From the NCBI GenBank assembly GCA_038087875.1, contig CM075988.1, forward strand, positions 15,192,001 through 15,252,000: a DNA stretch of 60,000 bases, written 5' to 3'. Under the pieces are notes generated by a model. The model did no database searches and was not told the DNA's origin. It worked only from the letters and a program-made list of their open reading frames with translations. Within the stretch, counting starts at the first letter, position 1. Every line of letters starts with the position of its first letter. Position numbers and translations under genes: made by a program. This stretch comes from Malacoraja senta. Lineage: Eukaryota. Positions 12,901-27,300 of the stretch are shown here, piece after piece.

Positions 12901-15900
12901 CCTGTACAGCACACAAATCCAAATTATTCTACTGTATCTCGGTATACCACGTGACAATAATAAACCTATACCAATGCGAAAGAGAGGAGGAATGCATTGA
13001 TGGTGGCTCATCTCTTCCCTTGGACAGGTCAGTTCTATTACATTGCATGGATTTGTTGTTTGGGACATGCTCTGGTAGTTCATGATGGCAATGACTCTGT
13101 GCTTACCTGAAATCTTCCAGATGTGTCTGAACATCAGGCAGGACAATGTCCTGCATCCCCTGCACACAACTACGTTGCATTTCCTCAGACTGATCTCCTT
13201 TTCTACGTTCTGAAACAATTGAACAGAGAGGACAATTACGCTGATACATTTGCCGCTTATTCAACCAATGAGAGACCACATTTTGGTCATGAACACATCA
13301 CTGGAAACAAATTGGAGCATTTACCTCTGGTTAGCAGCTCTGTACAGAAGCAGTAGAAATGTGCTCTTTGCAGGTGAGCTTGCCTCTGGCTTACACTCCT
13401 CCACATTGAAATATGAAAACCAGTTATGGTTTAATGCCACCAAGTCTGGTGTTGGAGCACAAATGTGCTGGAGGTTGGAGCAGAGGCACTCGCACCTACC
13501 CCTCAACCTTACACCAGATGAGCAGTTTATTAAAAAAATCTTATTGTTTCAAGCACTTTTTATTATTTTTGTAATTATTTAAGACTGAATTTCTTTCAAA
13601 TGTGTTTGATTACCAGAACAATTAAAAACAATTTAGTGATCTTTTTGACACTAGTAAATGTCAAAAGGATTTAAGGCATTTGACAGACAGGTCTCAGAGT
13701 TCACCACCAAGGCTAGTCACCGTTTCATGATTCTAGAGTACAAAGGATCAACGTGACTCGTTAAGTGAATGTGAGCAAGTGCGATAGGTGGCAAATTCAA
13801 ACAACAGGTGGATGTAGCATCAGCTCGGCATAATAATGTATCACTATTAAAGATAATCAGAGCAGGCATCTGCAATTGCAGAGCAAATATTTCATTTCAC
13901 TCAATAGTTAAAAAGAGAACACTAAAATGTTATTGAGACACCAGGGGTTCAGCATTCTTAACGGTATTGGAGGTGTTGGCACAAAATAAGTCCTAAATTG
14001 CAAACTGATTTCATCCAGTGTCGATTGATCTCATTGCTACAATCTGTTGACCATCTATGTATAGGTTGGGCCAAAGGGTCTGTTTTCATGCTGTATAGCT
14101 CTATGATCCTAATGGCAAAGGGGCTTGCGATCACTATGATGTACACAGGCTGTTCAGATCCAAGGAGTTGTTTTTATTCGATTTCAGGAAGCATCGATTA
14201 CAGGTAATGTCACACGATAGAAAATAATATAATCACATGCATTCTTCAAGATTCAGATTAGACCATGTTCTCTCGGCTATTGGAAGCAACAGGCCCGTGA
14301 GGTGCTGCTGAAATTTGGCAAGTTGCAACAGAGCAACCTTTACGTAGAACTGACACTATGCTGCACTGGATACCAAAGAGCGAGCAACAGTCCTAACAGT
14401 TTAGGAGTTGGAGACACCTGGATTGTTATTTTGTGTGTTATTAAGTGGCATTGTCATTCTTCCTATATCAAGGCATTTAGTCAAAGTAGTGAATACACCT
14501 GGTTCTCATGAAAAATATAGGCTTGGAAACATATTGGCTTTGGGGACTTACCTAGTTCTGTGCTGATCCATTCTGGAACGTGAACTTTGAGATTCTGGGA
14601 AAAAATGCAGAACGAAAATGCAATGAATAAACCAATAGGTAAATGCAAAGTGGCATAAACACCATAATGCAAGCAACATTGAAGCTTGAATCATTAATTG
14701 CTACAAACACACATTCTTTTGCATCCACAGTAGTGAACAGCAGAACAAGGCAGTATCCGCTGTTCATGGTTTCATAGATGTTATGTTCAGGGAATAAGGA
14801 AACAACTGGAGGTATATCTCCTGAACCAATATTTAATCTAGTCATAGAGTTGTACATAGGTTGTATAATTTCAAAGAAAGTCATGGGGCTCATCCTACTC
14901 ATCCTTAAGATTATAGACAGTCAAATATATATATATATAGATCAAAGATTGTTCTATAGATACTATAAACCATACCAGGACACAAGCAATAACATTCAAG
15001 TTATTCCAGATAGCACAGAATCCTTGTGCCAGAAGTCTGGACAATTCCAAGATACAGAAAATATCACAGCACTATTGCACTGTACCACTCACCGAGCCCT
15101 TCTCAAGGAAAAGGTGGCAAAACTCTAGAAAAATCCGTCGATGATCCTTGGAGTTTGTGTGATGGTAGAGATCGGCGTAGAGGTAACAGAGCTGAATAGA
15201 AAAGAATAAACCACTAACTATTAAAAAGCAATTACCAATAAAACCGATCTCTTGTCCAAAAACTAAACAGCCCCTTGCATCACTGGCAGTTCTAATACAA
15301 AAATGTGACCCTTCCCAAACGCCAAGACCACACCTATATACAAACCCCAGCACCAATCTTCACCATCAGCCCACATCCTTAAAGCTTACACTACAATTTT
15401 TGCTCTCAAGCAAAACAAATAAACTGCTGGAGGAGCTGAGCGGGTCAGGCAGCATCTGTGGAGGGAATGGTCAGGCTGATGGAGCAAAGCTGGAAAAGAA
15501 AGGTGGGGGTGAGAAAAGGCCTAGTGGGGGGAATTCAGCAGATGGGCAAACTATCAAGGGCTTGAGGTGAAAAGGAGACAAAAGAATGTCAAATAAGAGT
15601 TTGATATACAAAGTTGAAGAGGGATATGGGTGGAAAGGAAAGGGGGAGGGGAAAGAAGAAATATCAGACTTTGGAATTGGAGATAAGCGTACATTCGCAA
15701 GATTAAGCATAGACTGGGCAACTGTTTAGCTGAACTCTTGCACTCTGTCCACGAAGGCTGCTGGAGCTCCCAGTTGCTAACTCCCCTTCTCATACTGATC
15801 TTTCTGTCCCGGACTTCATGCTTAGCCAGAGTGGGGCCACACGCAAACCGGAGCAACAGCATCGCATTTTCTCCTCGGGTAGCTTACAACTTAATGGTAC

Positions 15901-18900
15901 GAACATTGAATTCTCTAAGTACGAGTAATACTCCACCTACTGCCCCTCTCTTTCCCCTGCCCCAATCCATCATTTTATCCTTCAGCCTCTATTTGTCTTT
16001 AATGGCACATACATTTCACCCTTCCTTATACACCCACGACTGAGAAGCCAAATACAAATCCAACTCAGTTTATAAATTTGCAGATACCACTGTACTGGGT
16101 CAGATATCAAATAATGACGAGATGGGGTACAGGAAGGAGATTGAGAACCTCGAAACCTGGTGCCAGTCAACAACCTTTGCCTCAATGTCAGCAAGACAAA
16201 GGAGATTATGATCGACTTCAGGAAGCAAAGCAGTACACATACCCAGGTATATATTGACAGTGCCGAAGTGGAGATGGTCGAAAGCTTCAAGATCATCGGA
16301 GTAAATATCACCAGCGACTTGTCCTGGACCAGCCATATCAAAGCAATGATCAAGAATGCACAACATGCCTAACTCCCTTAGAAGGCTTAGGACGTTTGTT
16401 ATGTTCCCGATAACCCTCACCAAGTTCTACAGATGCTCCGTAGAGCGCATTTTATCAGGATGCATCACAGCATGGTTTTCGAGTAGCTCGAGCCAAGACC
16501 ACATGAAATTGAAGAGAATTGTGGACATAGCCCAGACCGTCATGCAAACCAGCCTCCCTTCTATCGACTCCATCTACACTTTACACTGCCTCGGCAAGAC
16601 TACCTACATAATTAATGCTGAGTCTCACGCCAGGCACTCCCTCTTCTCCCCTCTCGCATCACACAAGAGATACAGAAGTGTGAAAATGCATAACTCCAGA
16701 TGCAGGGAGCCAGAGACCGACTTCGGGAACTCCAAGCCACAGGAGCTTCGACCGCCCGACGCGGGAGCTTCGATCGTCCCGACACGGGGGCTTCGCCCGC
16801 CGGTTGCGGGAGTTTCGATTGCCCTGACCGTGGATGATTCGACTGCCCCGGCCGGGGGAGAATAAAGGAAAAAGATTGAACTTTATTGCTTTCCATCACA
16901 GTGAGGAACGTGCAGAATCTGCTGTGGTGGATGTTTATGTTAACTTTTATGTAGTTGTGTGTCTTGTTGCTTTTATAGTATGGCTGTATGGTCATTTGAA
17001 TTTCACTGTACCTTAATTGGTACATGTGACAATAAACTGACCTTGAAACCTTGACGGACAGTTTCTTCCCAGCTGTTATCAGACAACTGAGCCATCCTAT
17101 CACCAACTAGAGACTGGTCCTGACCTACCGACTACCTCTTTGGTAACCCTCACGCTATCTTTAATCGGAGTTTAGTGGACTTAATCTTGCCTGTTCATTC
17201 CCTCCACACCTGCTGCTTGTCCTGCTGAGTAACTCCAGCGGTATGTATTTTTGCTCAGGGTTCTAGCACCTGCAGACTCGTGTCTGAACTTTGCCTCTCA
17301 CCTTAGTTCATGATCCTTACCAATGGAGCTGCTTCAAACTGAGACACGACATGATGTAAAAATGCAACCAAATGTGCCGGCCGGGATTTCACCAGGTCAA
17401 TAGTTTGGAAACAGCTGCACTGGACATCGGTCTGTAAAGCGAGCAGACAGCAATTAAAATCTAGGTAGTTTCACACTACCTCTGGTCAAATTAACTTCAG
17501 CAATGGACATGTACCTGCTCAGCTTCGGTATCAAAATCATCATCCTCCGCTCCAATTATCGGCACTGCAACTCGCGGTGGGCTGAGCCCGGAGGACGGCG
17601 AATCCTTCAGGTAGAGAAAGAAGAAGAAAAGCCTATTACAAAAACTATAGTCAACTATTTGACATTGACACCAGCTTCTGCACTAGCTTACCTCCATCAT
17701 TTTATCCTTTAGCCTCTATTTGTGTTTACCTGCTCAGTAAAGGCCATTGCCCTGAGACATGTTCGAGCTATCCTCTACTGTTGCCCTGGCTGGTGTAGGA
17801 TCATTATCTGCTACTAAGTTGGGGCTCAGCCTTCAATCAATGAAGGACCAATCTCACCCTGGTCACTCCCTCCACTCCTCTCCCTCATCAGGCAAACGAT
17901 ACAGAAGTTTGAAAACGCATACCTCCAGATTCAGGAAAAGTTTCTTCCCAGCTGTTATCAGACAACTGAACCATTCTAACTAAAACCCGTTGCTAAACTA
18001 CCATCTATCTCATTGGAGACCTTCAATCTTTAATAGGACTTTATCGGACTTCAATGTTATATCTTTGCACTAAATGGTGTATTCTCTATCTGAGCACAGT
18101 GGACAGTTTGATTGTATTCATGTATGCTAAACTAAACTCTATCTCCCTCCACCCTAGTCACGCTCCTATTTATGGTTCAAATCCCCCCCCCTGAGTTCCA
18201 TGCCCAAAAACATTTAGTTTCTTTGACTGGATAGCAAGCAAACAAAAACTTTTCACTGTACCTTGGTACATGTGACAATAACTAAACACAATGTTACTGT
18301 TTCATGACAGCCCACTCTCTTGTAGAATCCTTCAGATCATGTAACAAAATGTTGAGTACTACAAGGAACTCACTGAAAATGGATGTTTGGAACAATTGCA
18401 TTTGCAGCTCAATTATAAATATGAATATTAATGGAATTCTAAAATAATTGTTTACAACAATTGACAAAAAGGACAGAAAGAATTGACAACTTCCTGGGGG
18501 AGCAGTTAAAGTAGTGCCTGATGGTCAGAAATAAACCATACCCAGTCCTGGTTCTCATCGACGTCCATACTCTCACAGAAACTGCTGGCATCTTTTGGGG
18601 AGATCTTGGGGCTACTGTTGAGTGAGTCTCGGTGAAAGTGGCCATCACATGGGGGAGACGGGCTACTTATTATAGACTGCAAAAAGAAAAACAATGCAGA
18701 CTCGATTAAATACTCAACCTTTCACAGCCTCGAGATGCCTCAATGGGCTTCACCTAATTTTTGACGTGCAATTGTGGTTCATGAATCCGTAGAATCGTTG
18801 GATTGTTCAGGCAGAGGCGGCTGCCATTCAGAATGTCATAACCTAGGAAATAAGGCACCCCCATTTGCTTTCAGCAGGGACCTATGCATAACATCGTGAT

Positions 18901-21900
18901 AATGCCAATATCTATGCATAACATTGTGATAATGCCACGGAATCAAGGGATATAGGGAAAAAGCAGGAACGGGGTGCTGATTTTGGATGATCAGCCAAAC
19001 GTCGCCCATTCCTTCTCTCCAGAGATGCTGCCTCACCCGCTGAGTTACTCCAGCATTTTGTGTCTACCTATGGTTGATCTATCTTTCCCTCTCAACACCA
19101 TTCTCCTGCCTTCTCCCCATTACTCACGACACCCATACTAATCAAGAACTTATCAAACTTCATCTGAAAAATATCCATTGATGTCCTCCACAGCCTTCTT
19201 CACAGTCCCACCACAAGGAAGTGTTGTGCATGAGGACACATTTGGTCACAAGGGGAGATCAGCAAGTACGCAAATACTCACCACTCCCTGGAACTTCGGG
19301 GCCAACAAATAACCTCCCACTATCATCAATCAGAAGAACACATTGGTTAAAATATGGGTATCTCAAAATTTAAAAGAAATGTAGGGCTTTTGAGGACAGG
19401 ACACCTCAATTCTTTTCTGGGGCATTTAGTTTTGAAGTGTAGTCATTATGTCGTAGAAAATAGGAGTCAATTTGCACGCAGCAATCTCCTACAATTCAAC
19501 CAGGTGATAACAACCAAGTGTCGGTTTTTAAAAATGTCATTTGCCAGGTCCCAATTCTTATAGCTACAGGATCTTCTACATCCACCTGACACCACAGATA
19601 TGATCTTCATTTAACAACTCATCTGAAACAAGGCACCTTTGCCAGTATAACATTCCCTCAGCACCATGTAAATATTCAGCCAAGATCTTGAAGCTCTGGT
19701 TGCCGGCGTGGAGATTGAGAACACCATAACGATTTCATCAACTAAACCACAAGTAGCAAAGGATCAGAGACACTACTCAGGGAAAAATTAACATCAAAAT
19801 TTACTCGATTGAATTTTAACTCAGTAAAATATTTCTAAAATCCAAAATCATAAAATTGTTTGGCGCTTGACTTTATAATTTGTATTTACACAATTTTAAT
19901 ATTTGTAATTGTGTGTAATTTTGTTATGTTAAGAAACGGGAGGATTTGAGTTACTGCAGAGCAACACAAGTTGCAAGCTTCAACCACTGCCAATCATGCA
20001 AACTGCAAGATTACAGAAAAATTTAAATCTCATATAAAGTCATACAACACGGAAACTTCGGCTCAGCTTTCCTATCCATGCCTTCTAACTGTTGCTACAG
20101 TTTCTGTCTCAACTACCTCCTCTCTCAGCTCATTCCATACACCACTCACCAAACTGTGTGAAAAGGTTGCCCCTTAGATTCCTATTAAATCTTTCTCCTC
20201 TCACCTTAAACCTATGTCCTCTGGTTCACGATTTCCCTACCCTGGATAAAAGACTATGCGTCTACCTTATCTGTTCCCCCTCATGATCTTACACACCTCT
20301 ATAAGATCATCTCTCATCCTTCTACGCTCCAAGAAATAGAGTCCTAGCCTGCCAACCTCACTCTATAGCCCAGGCACTCAAGTCCTGGCAACACCCACAT
20401 AAATCCTCTCGACATTCTTTCCAGCGTAACATCTTTACTAACATGGTGACCAAAACTGAACACAATACTCCAATTGAGGCCTCACCAGTGCCTTGTAGAA
20501 CTGTAGCACAAGATCCCAACTTCTAAATACCCTGCCTGAAGAAGCCCCATATGCCAAAAGCCTTCCTGACCACCTTATCTACCTGTGATGACACTTTCAA
20601 GGAACTAAGTACCTGCACTCCTAGATCTCTCTACACTACAACACAGTTCCCAGAACTCTACTCTTTACCGTAAAGGTCCTGCCCTGATTAGACTTCCCAA
20701 AATGCAGCATTTATCTGCAGTTAACTCTATTATCTACTCCTCCAGGTCCAGCACTGCTCACCTCTGCACGGCTGAATGAAATGCGACTTCTATCGGACCC
20801 TGTATTCTCACTCGGTGATTGAAGGTCATGCTCCCAGTCACCTGCATCTGAAGAGTGAACAAGAATCAGTCAGAAGACAGAAATCAGCAAATATGCAACT
20901 GTACTTGAACAAAGGTGACGCCTAGCAATCCAATGTTCTCTAGCTACCTGGAGAATGCAGTCGATATATCGTCTGCTTAACTGACCCAGAAAGCGGTATA
21001 AAATTCAAAATAAATCAGCAGTAGAATCTGCAGCAACCAGGCAGAACCTGGTGCCACCAATACTCCGAGAAATGCTTAGCAGGAGCGTTGTCAAACAAGA
21101 TTTGACCCGAGGTTAAAGACAAAAATGTTGGGCTGTCTGTCTTATGACATATTTAATCACATCAGCCATCTTAATATTCAGTTGCAGGATGTTTTATAAT
21201 CTAAGATTGAATTTTGGATTAACGGTTTGCTAAATTAGGGACTCAGATAAGAATATTACAGATCATGAGGTGATGTAATTAGGGGTGCCACAATCATTAA
21301 AAGAGTTGATGTTTATTCCAGAACAATTCAAGAAGGATTATTTAGTGTGATGTTTGAAAGGACGTCACAAAGGACTAATCTGAAACTAACCAGATAAATG
21401 AATTCTAAGAATTTAGAAGGTTATGTGCCAAAATCAAGCAAATGGGACTAGCCCAGAAAGCCAACATGGTCAGCATAGATAAATTGGGTCGAAGGGCCTT
21501 TTTTGTGGTACATAAGCTCTATGACTGGAAAAAGCAGCATCAACCAGTTATCCACAGGTTCCACATCAATACCAGTGACTTTCTCTCTCTTGATTTGGAA
21601 AGGAAATTAGATAAGGATTTGAGATAGATTATTTGCTGGGCTTTGAGGAAAGAGCTGGGGAATGGGACAGAAGTATTGCTGATGAGCAGAAATATATTGC
21701 GTTCTGTAACAATGCCACAATTTACCTTTAGATCAAATGCATTGTATTGCCAAAGCAAGTTACTAAGACAGTGGTAGGTAAATGACTAGGCAAAAGAAAG
21801 ATTTACCAAAACAAAATAAAAAAATGGAGTTTATAAAATGTTTGAAGGATCATATGTGGGAGATAATTTTAAAACAAGAGGCCAACAACTCTTTTGAAAA

Positions 21901-24262
21901 TGAATTAAAGAACAAATAGAGATTATTAAAGGATACAAGGACTGAGCAAATTAGTGAGATTAGATGGATTTGATGAGCAGGGTTGCTTCCCCACTTCTTA
22001 TGCAACTAGAAATTACTAAACATCCCATTCCAAATAACCTGCAATAAAAACAAGTCTAACTATATACAAAAAAAAAGGATAAAATAGGGACACTTGGATG
22101 TTTGAAAAGATGGAAGGAATGGAGGAGCATGAAAGAGCATGGAGAGGAGGGAGGGTACAAAAAGGGGGTGAATTGGATTGGGAGGTTCCCAAGGGGGAAG
22201 CTGGTGTGTACAGGAGGGCAATGTTGAGAAAGGAAATGGATGTGTGCAAAAGTGCACCAATAAAAAAGTGTGCTTAAATAAACTAAAGAAATTAAGTAGC
22301 TGTCAGAGAGATCTCATTACTGATGTTACTCAGGATTTCTAATGGTTGTTACGAATAAGGAAAATAAATAACGATTTTCAACGCTCCACATTTTACTGCA
22401 ATAAACCTGACAAATTGAGGTGTTGCTTGAAACACTGAGAGAACATGGCTGCCAGATCAAAAATAAACTTCTTCAAAAGAAAACAATCATTTTGCTTCTG
22501 TAACGAGAATCTCTCTCCCCAGTATCTCACCCTGGCGAGACCATGCTCGTTGTTCTCAGCCTGCATTCCATTACAACCACTGGAAGACATCTCAGTTCCC
22601 TGGGATCCATATACATCCACAAATCCCAATTAGGGATTTAGATCAGTAAGTGAAGATTTTAGGTAAAGATTGGACTGTTTAAAGAGTCACTCCTCAATAA
22701 AGCATTAAGAAACAATTTAGTCCTCACCTTCAGTCAGTCTTTCAACAATAGATAGTGTTTCTGAATGTCGACCTGCACTTGAGCCATCCTGAAGGAAAAA
22801 ATAATAATTAGAATAAATCATTAAAAAAAAAAATTAGAACAGGGATTGGAGGAGAAGGATGGTGGGAAGGCAACATCAAGGCAGAGACACAGCTTCTTCT
22901 TTCACCATACAGAGAACTAAGAGATTGGATTAGCTACATTACAGCAAATTAAGGAAGCATACCCAGGTTTATTTAGAAAACACTTACCCAGAGTTCGAAT
23001 TAGCCATAAAACAATAAGCATCTTAAGGCAAAGCATGGATTGTGACATAAGTAGTAATAAGCTCACAAAGGTTTCTTGCCTCAGAAGATGGACAAGGGGT
23101 TGTTAACAAGTTCTTACTTTAGACAAAGGCGCCTCACCTGTAATGAACCTGTAGCTTTGCTAAGTTGTTCCTGGAGTTGCTGGATGTGCTTCTCCACCTC
23201 CTGTTGATCTCGAAGCACCTGTGGCGATGGATTCCTTGTGTATTTCTCCTTAAGTTGCTGTTTTTAAAAAAAAGCGCCACAAATCATCAACCCTGGTCTT
23301 GAAATAGAGTGAACATTAGTGTTGGGCTAAAACAGGCCCAGTGGAAGGCAATAGATTCTTCTGTGTCTTATTTGTATCACCTAGGATTAATTGGTGCATT
23401 GCCCAAATCTTTTTGTGAAAACATTGGTGAAGAGATCCCATCAGTTCCAGCAAATCGCTATCAAATCGCCTAACTACGAGTAGCTGGCGATAAACAGACA
23501 ACTCACACAGAGATGACAATGACACTGGGCCTGCAAATGTAATGGGACTGTGTGAAGGATGTTTTATTCAATAAATAATCCATTATGTATCTGGCATAGC
23601 GACATTTGTGGTCAATATTAAAACCTGCACGTGTCAGGCACAAGACCAGAATGACCTGTGATCAGAATCATCAGTTCAGCAGGTGAATATCAAATTTCAT
23701 AGGTTTGCAAGATTTCATGGGATAGAAGATTTCTATTTTGATCTGCTTTTCTGTTAAACAAGTTGTGGCTTGTACTATCCAACATACCTCCAGCTGCCGT
23801 AACTCTGTGCCCAGCATGTTCCTCAGAATTTCAACCTTCTGGTTGTGCACAATGTTATCTTCCTGTGTAAGGAATAGGAGAGAGTCAGACTCCATTCTGG
23901 TCACTCACTTCTTCAAAGAACTCAGTGCAAGTCTCTAGCTTATATTAAATGGACAGAGCGAGGTTAGACAAGTGACAGAGAAAGGGTAGACAGTTTTTCT
24001 TTTGGGGGGTGGTGGGGAAAGAAGCAGGTAGGGGCTCATTGGGAAGAGGCAATTGAAAAGATACTTAGAGTGAGAGAGAGATGCACTCATTGGTAGAGAG
24101 AGGGAGATAAAGCTTGACGTTTGCTTGTCTGGCTCTTTTGAGCAACACAAAGTTCAGATTCAGATTCAAACTTTATTGTCATTGTGCAGTGCACACGTAC
24201 AGAGACAACAAAATGCAGTTAGCATCTCACCCAGAAGTGCGAACACAGAATAATGGAACAGT

Positions 24263-24311
<49 letters not shown>

Positions 24312-27300
24312 ATCTATATATATATATATATGTTGTAGCAGTAGTGCAATTTTCGGGGGGGGGGGGGGGGGGGGGGTGAGATCAGTCACTGGGGGAAGGA
24401 GTGTCCGAGGGGGGGGTGACTGGCAATCACCAAGGTGCAAAGTAGGGTAACAACCGCAGGGAAGAAGCTGTTCCTGAATCTGCTGGTCCGGGAACGGAGA
24501 GACCCGTAGCGCCTCCCTGATGGGAGGAGGGTAAACAGTCTGTGGTTGGGGTGAGAGCAGTCCTTGATGATGCTGCGCACCCTTCGCAGACATCGCTTGC
24601 TCTGGACAGACTCAATGGAGGGGAGTGAGGAACCGGTGATGCGTTGGGCAGTTTTCACCACCCTCTGCAGTGCTTTCCGGTCGGAGATAGAGCAGTTGAC
24701 ATACCATACTGTGATAGTTAGTAAGGATGCTCTCGATGGCGCAGCAGTAGAAGTTCACCACAATCTGAGGAGACAGATGGACCTTCTTTAGTCTCCTCAG
24801 GAATAAGAGACGCTGGTGAGCCTTCTTGATCAGTGTTGAGGTATTGTTCAAGACTATTTAGACTGCAACTATTTATTTATGTTCCCTTTAGGAAAGGAAT
24901 ACTTTTCCTTTTACTGGTAGAATGTGATGGTACGGGCTCTTGTCAACACCACTCAATGAAAATTTAATTTTGCAAACTATCACTGCTTAAGTGATGAAGT
25001 GCTATTTCCACCACTAGAGGGAAAGAAAACTCCATTCATGCTTTTTATTGCCAGGCAGTAGGACTTGCCAACGTTGATCAAGAGACAGGCGAAGAGGATT
25101 GTGGGTTTGATGATCACAAGTTAGTTTACAATAACTTCTGTCGAGAGTAGTGTTCCATTCACACAAAGGTGCTTGGAATTCAGCCACTCAAAGAACAAGC
25201 AGATCTGACAATACAGCACAATACAGTCCACAACACAGCACAAATCCTGTAGGAAGCGAGTGGCAGATTGATACTAGAGGGAGCCAATAACAGTTAACTC
25301 TGAGAAAAAGCAATTTCTGAGCTACTGGAAATCAGCTATGTATGGAATTAGAATAAAGTTTTGCATACTCACCGCCACAGGCATGGGGCTTGTGATCCTC
25401 TCTGGGCAACTGCTGCTTGAAGAATGGTGGGATAAAGTTGGATTTGGGGCCATTTGACTTTGTTGTCCGGGGAAAAAGAAACCCCCAACATCTCCATCGA
25501 CAGAAGTCAATGGTATCTGGGGAGAGCCAGGAGGACGGCCCAGGACCGTGAGAGCCACATACGACCCAGCTGGTAATAGAAAGCAAAACACAGTCTACAC
25601 ATCTCCTGCAATAGTCCCAAACCAAAACAGATTTAGGTTCAGCTGCTCGACAATTGAGCACCCAAGATTTAGTTTTAGTTTTAGACAAGCAGCGTGGAAA
25701 CGGGCCCTTCAGCCCTCCCAGTCCGTGCCGACCATCGATCACCCGTACATTTGTCCTGTGAATTGTCCCTACACACAAGGGACAATTCACAGAAGCCAAT
25801 TAACCTTCAAACCTGCATGTCTTTGGAATGTGGGAGGAAACCGGAGCATCCGGAGAAAACTCACGCGGTCACAGTGAGAATGTACAAACTTTGTACAGAC
25901 AGCACTCAGTCAGGATCAAACCAGTGTCTCTGGTGCTGTAGGGCAGCAACTCTACTGCTGCGCCACTGTGCCCTTCCTAATTCTGGGAGTATTGGAGTTG
26001 TTTTGTATTTATGCGACTCTTTAGGCAGTCACCTCAATGGGTAAAAATACAGATTAACGAGTCATTATTTGAAGGCCATTTGGGTGGGGATCTATGCCCC
26101 GCATATTGCCAGCTTCTTACATTACAATAGTGATTACACTTCAAATATACTTCAATGGAAGTAAATGCTTTCAGATATTCTGAATTCTGTAGGATGTTGT
26201 AGAATACAAGTGTTTCTTTCTGATCGACAATGAAAGGCAACGCTCATCAACTGCTCAATGAACAACGGGTAAAGCTAATCTTAATGAAACACGCCCACTG
26301 CCATATCGCAAAGTCACCCGACAGTTTAACTACTAATTCTGCAGCTGCTTCAGTGAGGACCTTGTGACAAAGTGACTGTGGTCTTAACTACTTCCCTAAT
26401 GTGGAACCAAGATTACACCGAGGCACAGAGCCCGGGTACAGACCACACATGTCAGCTGTAACATCTAGAAATCTGCAACCACTGGCAGTAACCTTAAAAC
26501 CCTACATGGACAGCAAACTGCAGATCACTTTGTTTCTAAGCTTATGCTGAAGGTATGTCATCAGGACCTAAGTTATACAGACACTGTGGATTTTGCACTT
26601 CATTGGCCAACATCATTCAGAATCTAACACTTTGCCCGCAATCATTCAGTTCAAATGGGGAGGGCACACAGAACACTGTACCCTCCGATGGGGCAATATT
26701 TTATTAGTAACCGTGACATACTTTAGATGAATCATTAAATCTGTATGTCTGGTCAGTAAAACATTAGAGTCTGTGGCATAATTCAGTTTTCTCTTTCACC
26801 ACAACTAAGGCCCACTCTATCTAGAAACTGTCAAGCTGGAAAATGTGTCACCACTCAACGTTGATGGAATTTTAAAGGTGTATAGTATGAGCCTTACATT
26901 TCTGTATACAATGCCCTCTATAATGTTTGGGACAAAGACCCATCATTTATTTATTTGCCTCTGTACTCCACAATTTGAGATTTGTAATAGAAAAAAAATT
27001 GCATGTGGTTAAAGTGCACATTGCCAGATTTTATTAAAGGGTATTTTTATACATTTTCACCATGTAGAAATTACAGATGTGTTTAAACATAGTCTCCCCC
27101 CCCCATTTCATGGCACCATAATGTTTGGACACATGGCTTCACAGCTGTTTGTAATTGCTCAGTTTAAGTGTGTTTAAATGCCTCCTTAATGTAGGTATAA
27201 AAGAGCTCTCAGCAGCTAGTCTTTCCTCCAGTCTTTCCATCACCTTCGGAAACTTTTATTGCTGTTTATCAACATGAGGACCAAAGTTGTGCCAATGAAA

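Noticed and set aside
18882..18937. 26-bp tandem duplication (ctatgcataacat.gtgataatgcca)
   Set aside because: Simple local slippage duplication with no functional sign.
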